Part shown: positions 10,649-19,648 of the stretch, piece by piece
How positions within the stretch are numbered: position 1 is the first letter of the stretch
Layout: every line of letters starts with the position of its first letter
Assembly: GCA_046045965.1 (NCBI GenBank)
Contig: JBJOKS010000023.1
Coordinates: 37,677-101,676 of the forward strand
Direction: 5' to 3'
DNA: 64,000 bases
Source: Cyanobacteriota bacterium
Lineage (GTDB): Bacteria; Cyanobacteriota; Cyanobacteriia; Cyanobacteriales; Nostocaceae
The notes under the pieces: generated by a model
Told to the model about the DNA's origin: nothing
The model's input: the letters and a program-made list of their open reading frames with translations, nothing else
Databases searched by the model: none
Made by a program: the position numbers and the translations under genes

Positions 10649-10838
10649 CTCCCATACTCAGTATAAAAATGCTATTGACTCCTTGAGTATTTTGTATAAT
10701 GTAACACAAATTGCTGACAACTTAACGAATTTTAATATAAATTCTCATCAAATGGTTCTAATGTAACGTTTTAGTGGCATTTTTTCGTCATTTGTCAAAA
10801 ACTCTAGCAGTTGACTTTTTAAAGTAGAGAAATTTAAC

Positions 10839-11555
10839 ATGAGCAGCAATTTAGCCTCCAAGTTACGAGTAGGGACAAAGAAAGCGCACACTATGGCAGA
10901 AAACGTGGGTTTTGTCAAGTGCTTTTTAAAAGGAGTGGTAGAGAAAAACTCCTACCGGAAACTAGTTGCTAACTTTTATTTCATCTACTCAGCGATGGAA
11001 GAGGAGATGGAAAAACATAAAAATCATCCCATTGTGAGTAAAATTTATTTTCCTGAACTAAACCGCAAGCATACTTTAGAGCAAGATTTAGCTTACTACT
11101 ACGGTTACAACTGGCGGGAGCAAATCAAATTATCTCCTGCTGGTGAAGCGTATGTAAACCGGATTCGGGAAATTTCGGCCACAGAACCAGAATTATTAAT
11201 TGCTCATTCCTATACCCGCTATCTAGGTGATTTATCTGGTGGACAAATCCTCAAAGGTATTGCAGTCACAGCGATGAAGCTGGGTGAAGGTGAAGGTACT
11301 GCTTTTTATGAGTTTGCAGATATTACCGATGAGAAGGCGTTTAAAGCTAAATATCGGCAAAATTTGGATGAAATGCCTATTGATGATGCTACAGGCGATC
11401 GCATCACAGAAGAAGCAAATGCTGCTTTTGGTGTGAACATGAAGATGTTCCAAGAGTTAGAAGGTAATTTGATCAAAGCGATCGGTATCATGGTTTATAA
11501 CACCTTGACACGGAAGCGGACAAAAGGTAGCACTGAGTTGGTGACTGCTGAGTAA
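10839..11555 (+). CDS. ho1: Ferredoxin-dependent heme oxygenase (biliverdin-producing)
   Basis: GTKKAHTMAEN and AHSYTRYLGDLSGGQ signatures. Confidence 0.93.
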   Translation: MSSNLASKLRVGTKKAHTMAENVGFVKCFLKGVVEKNSYRKLVANFYFIYSAMEEEMEKHKNHPIVSKIYFPELNRKHTLEQDLAYYYGYNWREQIKLSPAGEAYVNRIREISATEPELLIAHSYTRYLGDLSGGQILKGIAVTAMKLGEGEGTAFYEFADITDEKAFKAKYRQNLDEMPIDDATGDRITEEANAAFGVNMKMFQELEGNLIKAIGIMVYNTLTRKRTKGSTELVTAE

Positions 11556-11646
11556 TATAGCAGGAGTCAGGAGTCAGGAGTAAAACCCTCTCATAGTAAG
11601 AGTTTTATCATCAATTGATGTCCTCACTACTCTGTCTACGGCTATA
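11556..11646. mobile_element. STRR-containing MITE-like element
   Basis: TATAGC...GCTATA inverted ends enclosing (CAGGAGT)n plus a conserved body. A partial copy lies at 12865-12942 and a diverged inverted copy at 37862-37982. Confidence 0.65.
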
Positions 11647-11736
11647 ATTAAAAATTGTCGAATTATATAGGGGTAATTTCCCTGTGATTGTTTTCTGTGC
11701 ATGAAAGCAACCGGAGGGAGATTACCGCTAAATTTT
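11569..11736 (+). repeat. 168-bp direct repeat, copy 1
   Basis: Identical to 12865-13032 except for one base (attaccGcta vs attaccCcta). Confidence 0.95.
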
Positions 11737-11851
11737 AAGTTAGTAGGGCTTGCTGAATAACTTTTTGCTGCAAACCCTAATTGAGTAGATTTAGCTAGTT
11801 TGAACATGATTAGAGTATAATTTGTACAGAATTGGTTAAAAGTATAGAAAT

Positions 11852-12817
11852 ATGAATACCATACAACCATTAATAACCATCGGCATTCCTACATTTAATA
11901 GGTCTGCAAGCTTAAAAGCTTACACTTTGCCCTCAATAGAAAATCTTAATTATCAAAATTATGAAGTAATAATTGTTGATGATTATTCAACCGATGAAAC
12001 CCAACAACTTTTGAGTGAATATCAAAATAGATTGCAGAATTTACAGGTTTTACTTAATCCTGGAAACAAAGGAACTCCTTTTTCTAGAAATAGAATACTT
12101 GAGAACGCCAAAGGCGAAATAATTGTCTTCATGGATGATGATGTTAGTTTATTTCCTAACTGTTTAGAGGAAATTCTTAAGGTATATACACAATATCCAG
12201 AAGTCATGTTTATCTGGGGGTGTGTTTATCAATGTCATGGTTCACATGACAGAAACAAACCTACCTTTGGCAGCGGTAGCCTATTTTCTATTAGAAGTAT
12301 AATTGCAGATTATTTTCAATTTGATACTAATATTCGCTACTTGAAAACATACGTTTGTGAGGAACATGATTTCGCCAGAAGGGTACAAAAAGGAGGTGCA
12401 AAAATTATCAAAGGTGAAACAGTCCAAGCAAATCACTATCAAGCACCTTCTCAAAATAGACCTTGGCGAAGTTTGGGAGGAGATTTTAATCATCTTTATG
12501 ATCAAATGAAGCGAGAAAATAATTCCATTCCCATGTATTACTATTCTCTGTTTTTAGGAGTTATACTTACAATTCAAAACCTGTTTAAAAAGCATGATTC
12601 GGGTAAAATCGTCAATAAACATCATTTGCATGAAGCAGTAATAATGTTTAAAAATATATTGGTTCTCATCAAACAGAAACAATTTTTACTAACTGTTAAA
12701 TGTTTTTTCTATGCTATAATTGATATCCCTGTACGAGCAAAAGTCAGAAGTAAAATAGAATTAAAGAAGTCTAAGGAATTTAGCTTATTAGCTCAAAGTG
12801 GTACGACAACTAGCTGA
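11852..12817 (+). CDS. GT2 glycosyltransferase
   Basis: ITIGIPTFNR, IIVDDYSTD and IVFMDDD motifs. Confidence 0.85.
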   Translation: MNTIQPLITIGIPTFNRSASLKAYTLPSIENLNYQNYEVIIVDDYSTDETQQLLSEYQNRLQNLQVLLNPGNKGTPFSRNRILENAKGEIIVFMDDDVSLFPNCLEEILKVYTQYPEVMFIWGCVYQCHGSHDRNKPTFGSGSLFSIRSIIADYFQFDTNIRYLKTYVCEEHDFARRVQKGGAKIIKGETVQANHYQAPSQNRPWRSLGGDFNHLYDQMKRENNSIPMYYYSLFLGVILTIQNLFKKHDSGKIVNKHHLHEAVIMFKNILVLIKQKQFLLTVKCFFYAIIDIPVRAKVRSKIELKKSKEFSLLAQSGTTTS

Positions 12818-12864
12818 TAAATTGCCAAGTAGGGAATGCTCTTGAAAGTCTTTTCGTGAGGGTT

Positions 12865-13032
12865 AGGAGTCAGGAGTAAAACCCTCTCATAGTAAGAGTT
12901 TTATCATCAATTGATGTCCTCACTACTCTGTCTACGGCTATAATTAAAAATTGTCGAATTATATAGGGGTAATTTCCCTGTGATTGTTTTCTGTGCATGA
13001 AAGCAACCGGAGGGAGATTACCCCTAAATTTT
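12865..13032 (+). repeat. 168-bp direct repeat, copy 2
   Basis: Matches 11569-11736 at an offset of 1296 bp. Confidence 0.95.
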
Positions 13033-13192
13033 TCATTCAGCAGACGAAATTCTTGCACACCCCGCGAGGAAATTTGATAATATAGCTTATCTTAAATCCT
13101 TCTTGAGAGAGAAGACACGTGAAATAGTTATAAATACGTACTTTTAATTTCCGTATTTTCTCATATCTGAATTTGGATTGCTATAGCTGCTG

Positions 13193-13522
13193 TTGATACA
13201 ACGCACAAAAGAAATGATGAATTCAAAGAATTTCCAGAAATTAGTAGCACTTGCACATGAACACGGGATTAATTGCCAAGCAGCACCAGAAGAGTGCTTA
13301 GTTGCATCCTTACCTGGATACGACGATTTTCTATTAGCTTTTACTTGGTCTGGTGCAGTTGAAGGAGAACCATCAGAGCATGAATTAATAGCAATTAGCG
13401 TACAGGATATTACTAAACAGAGATTAGTAGCAGCTTGGCAGATTCCGACTTACTTATTTAGCAATGTACTAAGACAAGCACAGATGCTTGTAGCTGCTCA
13501 TATAGATTTTATCAGGGGATAA
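13193..13522 (+). CDS. Hypothetical protein
   Basis: 109-aa ORF with globular-like composition; the start may be one of the internal ATGs. Confidence 0.65.
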   Translation: MIQRTKEMMNSKNFQKLVALAHEHGINCQAAPEECLVASLPGYDDFLLAFTWSGAVEGEPSEHELIAISVQDITKQRLVAAWQIPTYLFSNVLRQAQMLVAAHIDFIRG

Positions 13523-13846
13523 ACCTGAGCTTTTCGCTATATCCATATCTCAGGAAATCCCAAATTCTTACTAAGATACTAGGAGGAGTCGTATATTTAG
13601 TATTTTTACTAAGTATTTACTATCACAATCTATCATGAATCTTGATTGTTAATTTGTGTTCTTAAAGCAGATACAGAATAGTTTTTTAGTTTTGAGATCA
13701 ACTATTTGGTGAATAAAAAAGTTACATTTTATCGGCTTAATATTGTCAGCAAAAAGTTGTTTTTAGGTACATATCTAAGGGTAGATACAATCCACTATAA
13801 AAAAGTTTAGATTTGTCTGGAACTGTAAAGACATTAGTGAAAAAAC

Positions 13847-14248
13847 ATGGCTGACATTGTTGATACCGCTGCAAACGCTGGCTCTTTTAACACCTTAGTT
13901 ACTGCGGTTCAGGCTGCTGGGTTAGTTGATACTCTCAAAGGTCCAGGACCATTTACAGTTTTTGCACCTACTGATGAGGCATTTGCTAAACTTCCAGCAG
14001 GTACGGTAGATGCTTTACTGAATGATATTCCCAAGCTCAAGAAAATCCTAACTTATCATGTTGTTTCCGGTAAGGTGTTAGCAGCAGATGTAGTTAAACT
14101 CAAGTCAGCTACTACTGTACAGGGTTCAGATGTGAAAATTGACGCTTCCAATGGTGTGAAGATCAATGATGCTAAAGTTGCAACACCAGATGTTGCTGCT
14201 GATAACGGCGTTATTCATGTCATTGATACAGTTTTGATTCCTGCGTAA
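13847..14248 (+). CDS. Fasciclin (FAS1) domain protein
   Basis: [20 protein letters not shown] and [11 protein letters not shown] motifs. Confidence 0.95.
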   Translation: MADIVDTAANAGSFNTLVTAVQAAGLVDTLKGPGPFTVFAPTDEAFAKLPAGTVDALLNDIPKLKKILTYHVVSGKVLAADVVKLKSATTVQGSDVKIDASNGVKINDAKVATPDVAADNGVIHVIDTVLIPA

Positions 14249-14281
14249 GCAAGCCTTTAGATAGAGAAAGAACACATTTAT

Positions 14282-14312
14282 GGGGCAGCGATTAACTATA
14301 GTCGCTGTCCTA
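14282..14312 (+). terminator. Probable intrinsic terminator/hairpin after the fasciclin gene
   Basis: GGGGCAGCGATTA-AC-TATAGTCGCTGTCC stem between convergent genes. Confidence 0.5.
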
Positions 14313-14379
14313 TATTGTTATATATGGATATTGATCATCATTCCAACCAATATCTAAAACTAAAGGCAAAAATGATGTA

Positions 14380-14718
14380 CTAACTAACAGCAAAGTTTGT
14401 ATATGCTCTGATTTTAGGATGACGAAAACCAAGTACAATATCCTGTGCAGGAACACCTGCTGCTATAAAATCATTAGCAATACCTTCTTCTGTATCATCA
14501 TATTGAATCCAAATTTTATTATCAATTAAATCTACATGAATAGGTGTGGTATGTAGATATTGATCATCATTCCAACCGATATCTAATACTAGATAACGTT
14601 CATGTTCATCATCAAATAAAACTTGGGAGTTATAACCATCAGGTATAGAAGCGCGATATTCGGCGGTTTCTGTTAATATGCTTTTGATGATTTCTTGATA
14701 TTTTAATTTGGTATCCAT
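14380..14718 (-). CDS. xisI: XisI family protein
   Basis: KIWIQYDDTEEGIANDFIAAGVPAQDIVLGF signature. Confidence 0.9.
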   Translation of the reverse strand: MDTKLKYQEIIKSILTETAEYRASIPDGYNSQVLFDDEHERYLVLDIGWNDDQYLHTTPIHVDLIDNKIWIQYDDTEEGIANDFIAAGVPAQDIVLGFRHPKIRAYTNFAVS

Positions 14719-15122
14719 TGTACTATCTCCTCATTTTTATCATCAAATACAATCAGTTTGATAATTTGGTTATTGATTAAAAGCTGTCCTATTTCTACTG
14801 TAAATACACTATTAAAAACAGGTTGAGAAATTGCTAAATATAAATCTCTATTTTCGCCAATCTCATTAAGTATTTGTTTATATAAAATATACTGTCCTAA
14901 AGCCTGTTCTAAATCTTTAACATCAGATTCACCCACAAAACTCTTGACTTCAACAACTATTTTTTCTGTTCCTTTTTCGGCACTAATTAAACGTTCTGCA
15001 CCCAAATCAGCAGATAAACGTTTATTACCTATTTTTAAAGGAAAGGGATCATGAGTAATTGTCCACCCTGCTTTTTGTAAAGCAAGTTTGACTGTATTGT
15101 GGTAGATATCTCTTCTTGACAT
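14703..15122 (-). CDS. xisH: XisH family protein
   Basis: MSRRDIYHNTVKLALQKAGWTITHDP, IVVEVKSF, ALGQYILY; overlaps the xisI start. Confidence 0.9.
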   Translation of the reverse strand: MSRRDIYHNTVKLALQKAGWTITHDPFPLKIGNKRLSADLGAERLISAEKGTEKIVVEVKSFVGESDVKDLEQALGQYILYKQILNEIGENRDLYLAISQPVFNSVFTVEIGQLLINNQIIKLIVFDDKNEEIVQWIPN

Positions 15123-15313
15123 TATAAACCTATTCTATAATTAGTGGTTCTGGGAACTGATACAAGATTTTATGAAAACAGACTGAATAATAGTTTAGCT
15201 ATTACTTACCAGAAATTGATTTTTTAGCGGTAAATTTTAACGAGTTTAGTTTGATATTAATGAAATTAGGTTAAAATCTGAATATTGGCAATTTTAGGTA
15301 TAAAAACTAGATT

Positions 15314-16186
15314 ATGGCAAATTCAGAGCATTTAGCAATACTGAAGCAAGGGGTAGAAGTTTGGAATAATTGGAGAGATGATTGGAGAGATAAAAATCCT
15401 TGGTGGGTAATATTAAGACCTGAACTGAGAGGGGCTTACCTGAATGAGGCTAACCTGAGTGAAGCTAACCTGAGAGGGGCTGACCTGAGTGGGGCTGATT
15501 TAGCGACATCCCAAGTAACGTATACACATTTTGACAATGCAATTTTGACAGGTGCTTGTATCAAAGATTGGCATATTAATAGTAAAACAATCCTAGACGA
15601 AGTAATTTGTGAATATGTTTATCTTGATGATGAAAAAACAGAAAGACGACCTAGCTATGGTAATTTTGACCCTGGAGAATTTGCCAGCTTATATAAAAAG
15701 ATTATAGAAAATACAAATTTAATTTTACCCAAAACTCCCGAAAATGATAATACTGTTAATAAGCCAGAAAATATTGATGTAGATAATACTTATAATAACC
15801 AGGGAGTTCAATTTCGTTCAGATCGAAAAATTCACACTTGGGAAAGACTACGCTTTCGCTCAAAAACAGAAATCAAAATTGCTGAAGCATTAGACAGAAC
15901 TGGAGTTTTATTTGTCCCCAACTCCTCAGCAAGACTTACCACACCCAAAGGTAGAGAAAATAAAGAAGCTGATTTTCTCATTTGTTATAACAGTAAATGG
16001 GGAGTTTTAGAAGTTGATGGACCCTTTCACACCGCAGAACGCAGAGTTGAAGAACAAGAAAGAGAACGCATTTTCAAGAAAAACGGTATCAAAGTTGTAG
16101 AAAGATTTGATGCCCAAAGATGTTATAACAATCCTGATGAAGTAGTCCAGGAATTTTTTAAAATGATAGAAATTGGATATTCTTAA
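15314..16186 (+). CDS. Pentapeptide-repeat protein fused to a DUF559/Vsr-like nuclease domain
   Basis: N-terminal MANSEHLAILKQGVEVWNNWR plus A(N/D)LxxA pentapeptides; C-terminal FRSKTEIKIA...EADFLI...LEVDGPFH...VERFDA. Confidence 0.7.
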   Translation: MANSEHLAILKQGVEVWNNWRDDWRDKNPWWVILRPELRGAYLNEANLSEANLRGADLSGADLATSQVTYTHFDNAILTGACIKDWHINSKTILDEVICEYVYLDDEKTERRPSYGNFDPGEFASLYKKIIENTNLILPKTPENDNTVNKPENIDVDNTYNNQGVQFRSDRKIHTWERLRFRSKTEIKIAEALDRTGVLFVPNSSARLTTPKGRENKEADFLICYNSKWGVLEVDGPFHTAERRVEEQERERIFKKNGIKVVERFDAQRCYNNPDEVVQEFFKMIEIGYS

Positions 16187-16354
16187 TACTTCTTCCTTCT
16201 TCTCTTCTTCCTTCGTGTCCTTCGTGCCTTCGTGGTTCAATAAAATAAGATCCCCGACTTCCTTTTTAAACTTGTAAATAAAATGTACATTGATCTCAAA
16301 AGTCAGGTATCTCGATCTTGTGGTAAAATCAAATAACAAAACAACAAACCAAAC

Positions 16355-17407
16355 ATGGCCACAAAAATCCCCGTTACAGTCATCACAGGCTTCTTAGGAA
16401 GCGGCAAAACCAGCATTATCCGTCACCTGCTCCAAAACAACCAAGGACGACGCATAGCAGTATTAGTCAACGAATTTGGCGAACTTGGAATAGATGGAGA
16501 ATTATTGAAATCTTGCCAAATTTGCCCCGAAGATGAAATACAAGAAAATCCAGAAAAGACTAATATATTTGAACTCACAAACGGCTGTTTATGCTGCACC
16601 GTGCAAGAAGAATTTTACCCGACAATGCGGGAATTAATTAAACGCCGAGATAGTATAGATTGTATTATCATTGAAACCTCTGGTTTAGCCTTACCCAAAC
16701 CCTTAGTTAAAGCTTTTCGTTGGCAAGAAATCCGCAATGCTGCTACAGTAGATGCAGTGATTACAGTTGTAGATTGTGCTGCGGTTGCATCAGGAACATT
16801 TGCTAGTGATTTAGATGCCATAACTGCACAAAGACAAGAAGATGATAGTCTAGAACATGAAACACCATTACAAGAATTGTTTGAAGACCAACTTGCTTGT
16901 GCTGATTTAGTAATTTTGAATAAAACCGATTTAGTTGATGATCAGCAAAAATCCCAGGTAGTAGAATTAGTCAAAAACGAATTACCTAGAGAAGTGAAAA
17001 TAGTCTCTAGTGATTATGGTAAACTTGACCCATCAATATTATTAGGATTTGAATCCGCAGTTGAAGATAATTTAGATGATCGTCCTAGTCATCACGACAC
17101 AGAAGAAGATCATGATCACGATGATGAAATTAATTCAACTCACGTGATTTTAGATCGTACCTTTGACCCGGAAAAACTGCAAGAAACATTAAAGAAACTT
17201 GCAGAACAACAAGAAATTTACCGAATCAAAGGTTTTGTCGCAGTTGCGAATAAACCCATGCGGTTAGTTATGCAAGGTGTAGGAAATAGATTTGATAAAT
17301 TTTATGACCGTCCTTGGAAAGTTGAAGAACCAAAACAAACCAGTTTAGTTTTTATCGGTCGTAATTTACAATCTTCAGAAATAGAATCTCAATTAGTAGC
17401 TTTGTAA
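16355..17407 (+). CDS. cobW: Cobalamin biosynthesis GTPase CobW (COG0523)
   Basis: GFLGSGKT P-loop, NEFG, GCLCC, ETSG, NKTD and a His/Asp-rich linker. Confidence 0.9.
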   Translation: MATKIPVTVITGFLGSGKTSIIRHLLQNNQGRRIAVLVNEFGELGIDGELLKSCQICPEDEIQENPEKTNIFELTNGCLCCTVQEEFYPTMRELIKRRDSIDCIIIETSGLALPKPLVKAFRWQEIRNAATVDAVITVVDCAAVASGTFASDLDAITAQRQEDDSLEHETPLQELFEDQLACADLVILNKTDLVDDQQKSQVVELVKNELPREVKIVSSDYGKLDPSILLGFESAVEDNLDDRPSHHDTEEDHDHDDEINSTHVILDRTFDPEKLQETLKKLAEQQEIYRIKGFVAVANKPMRLVMQGVGNRFDKFYDRPWKVEEPKQTSLVFIGRNLQSSEIESQLVAL

Positions 17408-17408
17408 T

Positions 17409-17873
17409 ATGAATATCACAGATTTGTTTAATGTTGCCAATTTGTTTGTTTTACCTTTTTGGGCTTTAATGATTTTGTTACCTAACTGGAATTTCACCCG
17501 CAAGGTAATGGAATCATATCTACCTTTTGTGGTTTTAGCTGCTGCTTATGTGTATTTATTTGTTGTCAGCATAACTCCAGAAAACGCTGCTGCTTTATCA
17601 AATCCTCAGTTAGCAGATATAGCTAGGTTTTTTAGTGATGAAACTGCTGCTGCTACAGGTTGGATTCACTTTTTAGTAATGGATTTATTTGTCGGAAGAT
17701 GGATATATTGGGAAGGACAAAAAACCGGAGTTTGGACAATTCACTCTATAGCTTTGTGTTTATTTGCAGGTCCAATGGGTGTACTTTCTCATATTTTCAC
17801 AGCTTGGATTTTTAAAGCATTTTCTAAAGGTTCTGAAGGTGTGACAGTAGAAGAAAAAGCCGCCGTTAATTAG
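17409..17873 (+). CDS. ABA4-like (DUF4281) membrane protein
   Basis: LPFWALMILLP...GWIHFLVMDLFVGRWIY...GPMG pattern; starts 1 nt after the cobW stop. Confidence 0.8.
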   Translation: MNITDLFNVANLFVLPFWALMILLPNWNFTRKVMESYLPFVVLAAAYVYLFVVSITPENAAALSNPQLADIARFFSDETAAATGWIHFLVMDLFVGRWIYWEGQKTGVWTIHSIALCLFAGPMGVLSHIFTAWIFKAFSKGSEGVTVEEKAAVN

Positions 17874-17951
17874 ATTCACAATTGAGAATCCCAAAAAAAC
17901 AGGGTTTAGCAATGCTAAACCCCTACAATATGGGGATGATAGTTAATTGAA

Positions 17952-18176
17952 TTATGCAGCGTGAGCTATTCGATAATTAGCATCTAACCAACAACGTGGT
18001 AATTTCTCTCCTGATGGAAAAACCAAATCTTCCTTTTTATAGCTGTCTGTTTCCTGTTCTTCCTGTCCTTCTTGGTCTTTAGCGTGTACAATCTGACTAT
18101 TAGGATCAATTAGTTCTTGAACATCAACAATTTTGACTAAATCACGGCTATTTTTGAGTTGTAAAAACATATCCAA
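17952..18176 (-). CDS. Small conserved-type hypothetical protein
   Basis: 74-aa ORF with QEGQEEQE...LVFPSGEKLPRCWLDANYR. Confidence 0.7.
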   Translation of the reverse strand: MDMFLQLKNSRDLVKIVDVQELIDPNSQIVHAKDQEGQEEQETDSYKKEDLVFPSGEKLPRCWLDANYRIAHAA

Positions 18177-18326
18177 AATCCTCCATTAATTGTTTAGTTT
18201 AATGTTGAAGGAAGTGTGAATTTTAAGCGCAGAAGTACACGGAATAACTGGTAAATTAAGTACAACATTTACATCAACAATCAAATCAAGCAGGTGTTAC
18301 TCTTGACTTCTGACTCCTGCACTAAA

Positions 18327-18635
18327 TTAGATTTCCCGTTGATATTTTTCCAATATATCAACCAAGTTTACTTGACATTGTAGCGGCAATAAATCAATCA
18401 AAGGTAGTTCTTTTCTACCACCACCAATTTTCACGGGGATGGATGCTAACAATTGCAAAACTCGGTCTTCATTGACGGTTTTGGAAGTAATTAAAGGATA
18501 TAATTTTTCAGCAACAACTGTATGCAATTTGGCATCAGATAGGTAAAGATGCCATTTAGCAATATCTATATAGACATTTTCGCCAATTTCTGCGGCTAGG
18601 GCTTCTAGTAGTTCTGTGGTAGGAGTTGTAGCCAT
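18327..18635 (-). CDS. DUF3181 family protein
   Basis: LAAEIGENVYIDIAKWHLYLSDAKL...VKIGGG. Likely start is 18635, with GAGG upstream. Confidence 0.75.
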   Translation of the reverse strand: MATTPTTELLEALAAEIGENVYIDIAKWHLYLSDAKLHTVVAEKLYPLITSKTVNEDRVLQLLASIPVKIGGGRKELPLIDLLPLQCQVNLVDILEKYQREI

Positions 18636-18755
18636 AAATATAACCTCATTCTCAGTAATAGTAGAATATTTGAGCTTATTTCCCATTATGGCGCATCTAG
18701 CTAGGCTTTATCTACCACCATCGGTTACAATTGCCCCAGCATCAGCAGTCATTCT

Positions 18756-19013
18756 TCAGGTTGATGAGGGTGGAGTTTCCGAATAATTAGCGATCGCACT
18801 AATATAAATGAAATGCAGCAATATTACTCCTACCCAACCCAGAGTTAATGGTGTCAACCATTCCCAGGATGTTGTTTTCAAGATGTGGAAAAACCACAAC
18901 CCAGAATTAACCGTAGCAGCAACCGCTACATGGAAAGCAAAATTCATGCGATCATCTAACTTGCGAAAATCTGGATCTTTACGATCTGGTTTGCGTGGCC
19001 AACGAGGAGGCAT
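18756..19013 (-). CDS. 2TM domain protein
   Basis: MPPRWPRKPDRKDP...MNFAFHVAV with two hydrophobic segments. Confidence 0.75.
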   Translation of the reverse strand: MPPRWPRKPDRKDPDFRKLDDRMNFAFHVAVAATVNSGLWFFHILKTTSWEWLTPLTLGWVGVILLHFIYISAIANYSETPPSST

Positions 19014-19229
19014 AAATAATTAATATTTGTGAATTTGTGAATTTGTTACAGATGTTAACACATTCTCGTTATTTTACGGTGCTGGGGGGGAAATTACTAT
19101 AGCTGGAGTGAGGTAGCCATATTTATTTGTCAAGGCTGAGAATAAAGAATAGGGAATATGCTAATAGTAACAGGTGTTTACCAATTACCAATTACCAATT
19201 ACCAATTACCAGCCCAACAGATATGATAA

Positions 19230-19631
19230 CTATTTAAACCGATATGATGTGACTGAATTTTCCCAAGCAGACTCAATAGTCTCCAGTAACTTAGGAATAT
19301 CATAGGGCTTAGTTACCCAATGGGAAATGCCTAAAGATGAAGCTAATTCCTCTGAATAACCATAAGCCGTAGCGAATACCACAGCTAAATTGATTCCTTC
19401 TAACTGGAGTTGTTGGTAAACCTCCACCCCGGTTAATTCCGGCATTCTATTATCTAAAATTAACAAATTAGGTTGATACTTAACTACTATTTCTAAAGCT
19501 TCTTTTCCATTCCTAGCTTCTTGAACTTCCCAGCCTTCTTCCTCCAGCAAAAAAGCCAGCATTTCTCGACTATCATCATCATCATCTGCAATTACAATTT
19601 TACGGTTATTTAAATTCTTATTCATCATCAA
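19230..19631 (-). CDS. Single-domain response regulator (CheY-like receiver)
   Basis: IVIADDD, phospho-Asp in LLILDNRMP, FATAY and VTKPY. Confidence 0.9.
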   Translation of the reverse strand: MMMNKNLNNRKIVIADDDDDSREMLAFLLEEEGWEVQEARNGKEALEIVVKYQPNLLILDNRMPELTGVEVYQQLQLEGINLAVVFATAYGYSEELASSLGISHWVTKPYDIPKLLETIESAWENSVTSYRFK

Positions 19632-19648
19632 TTTTGTTATCCTATCTT

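Noticed and set aside
11574..13058. Two minus-strand ORFs (11574-11870 and 12870-13058) with identical C-terminal peptides
   Set aside because: They are translations of the 168-bp DNA repeat (MITE plus hairpin), with no protein-like features.
14380..15122. xisH/xisI as evidence of an fdxN-type excision element
   Set aside because: No XisF-like recombinase and no interrupted nif gene nearby; stand-alone xisHI pairs are common.
16190..16354. Cobalamin riboswitch upstream of cobW
   Set aside because: The region consists of short repeats and a REP-like palindrome; I could not identify a B12 box.
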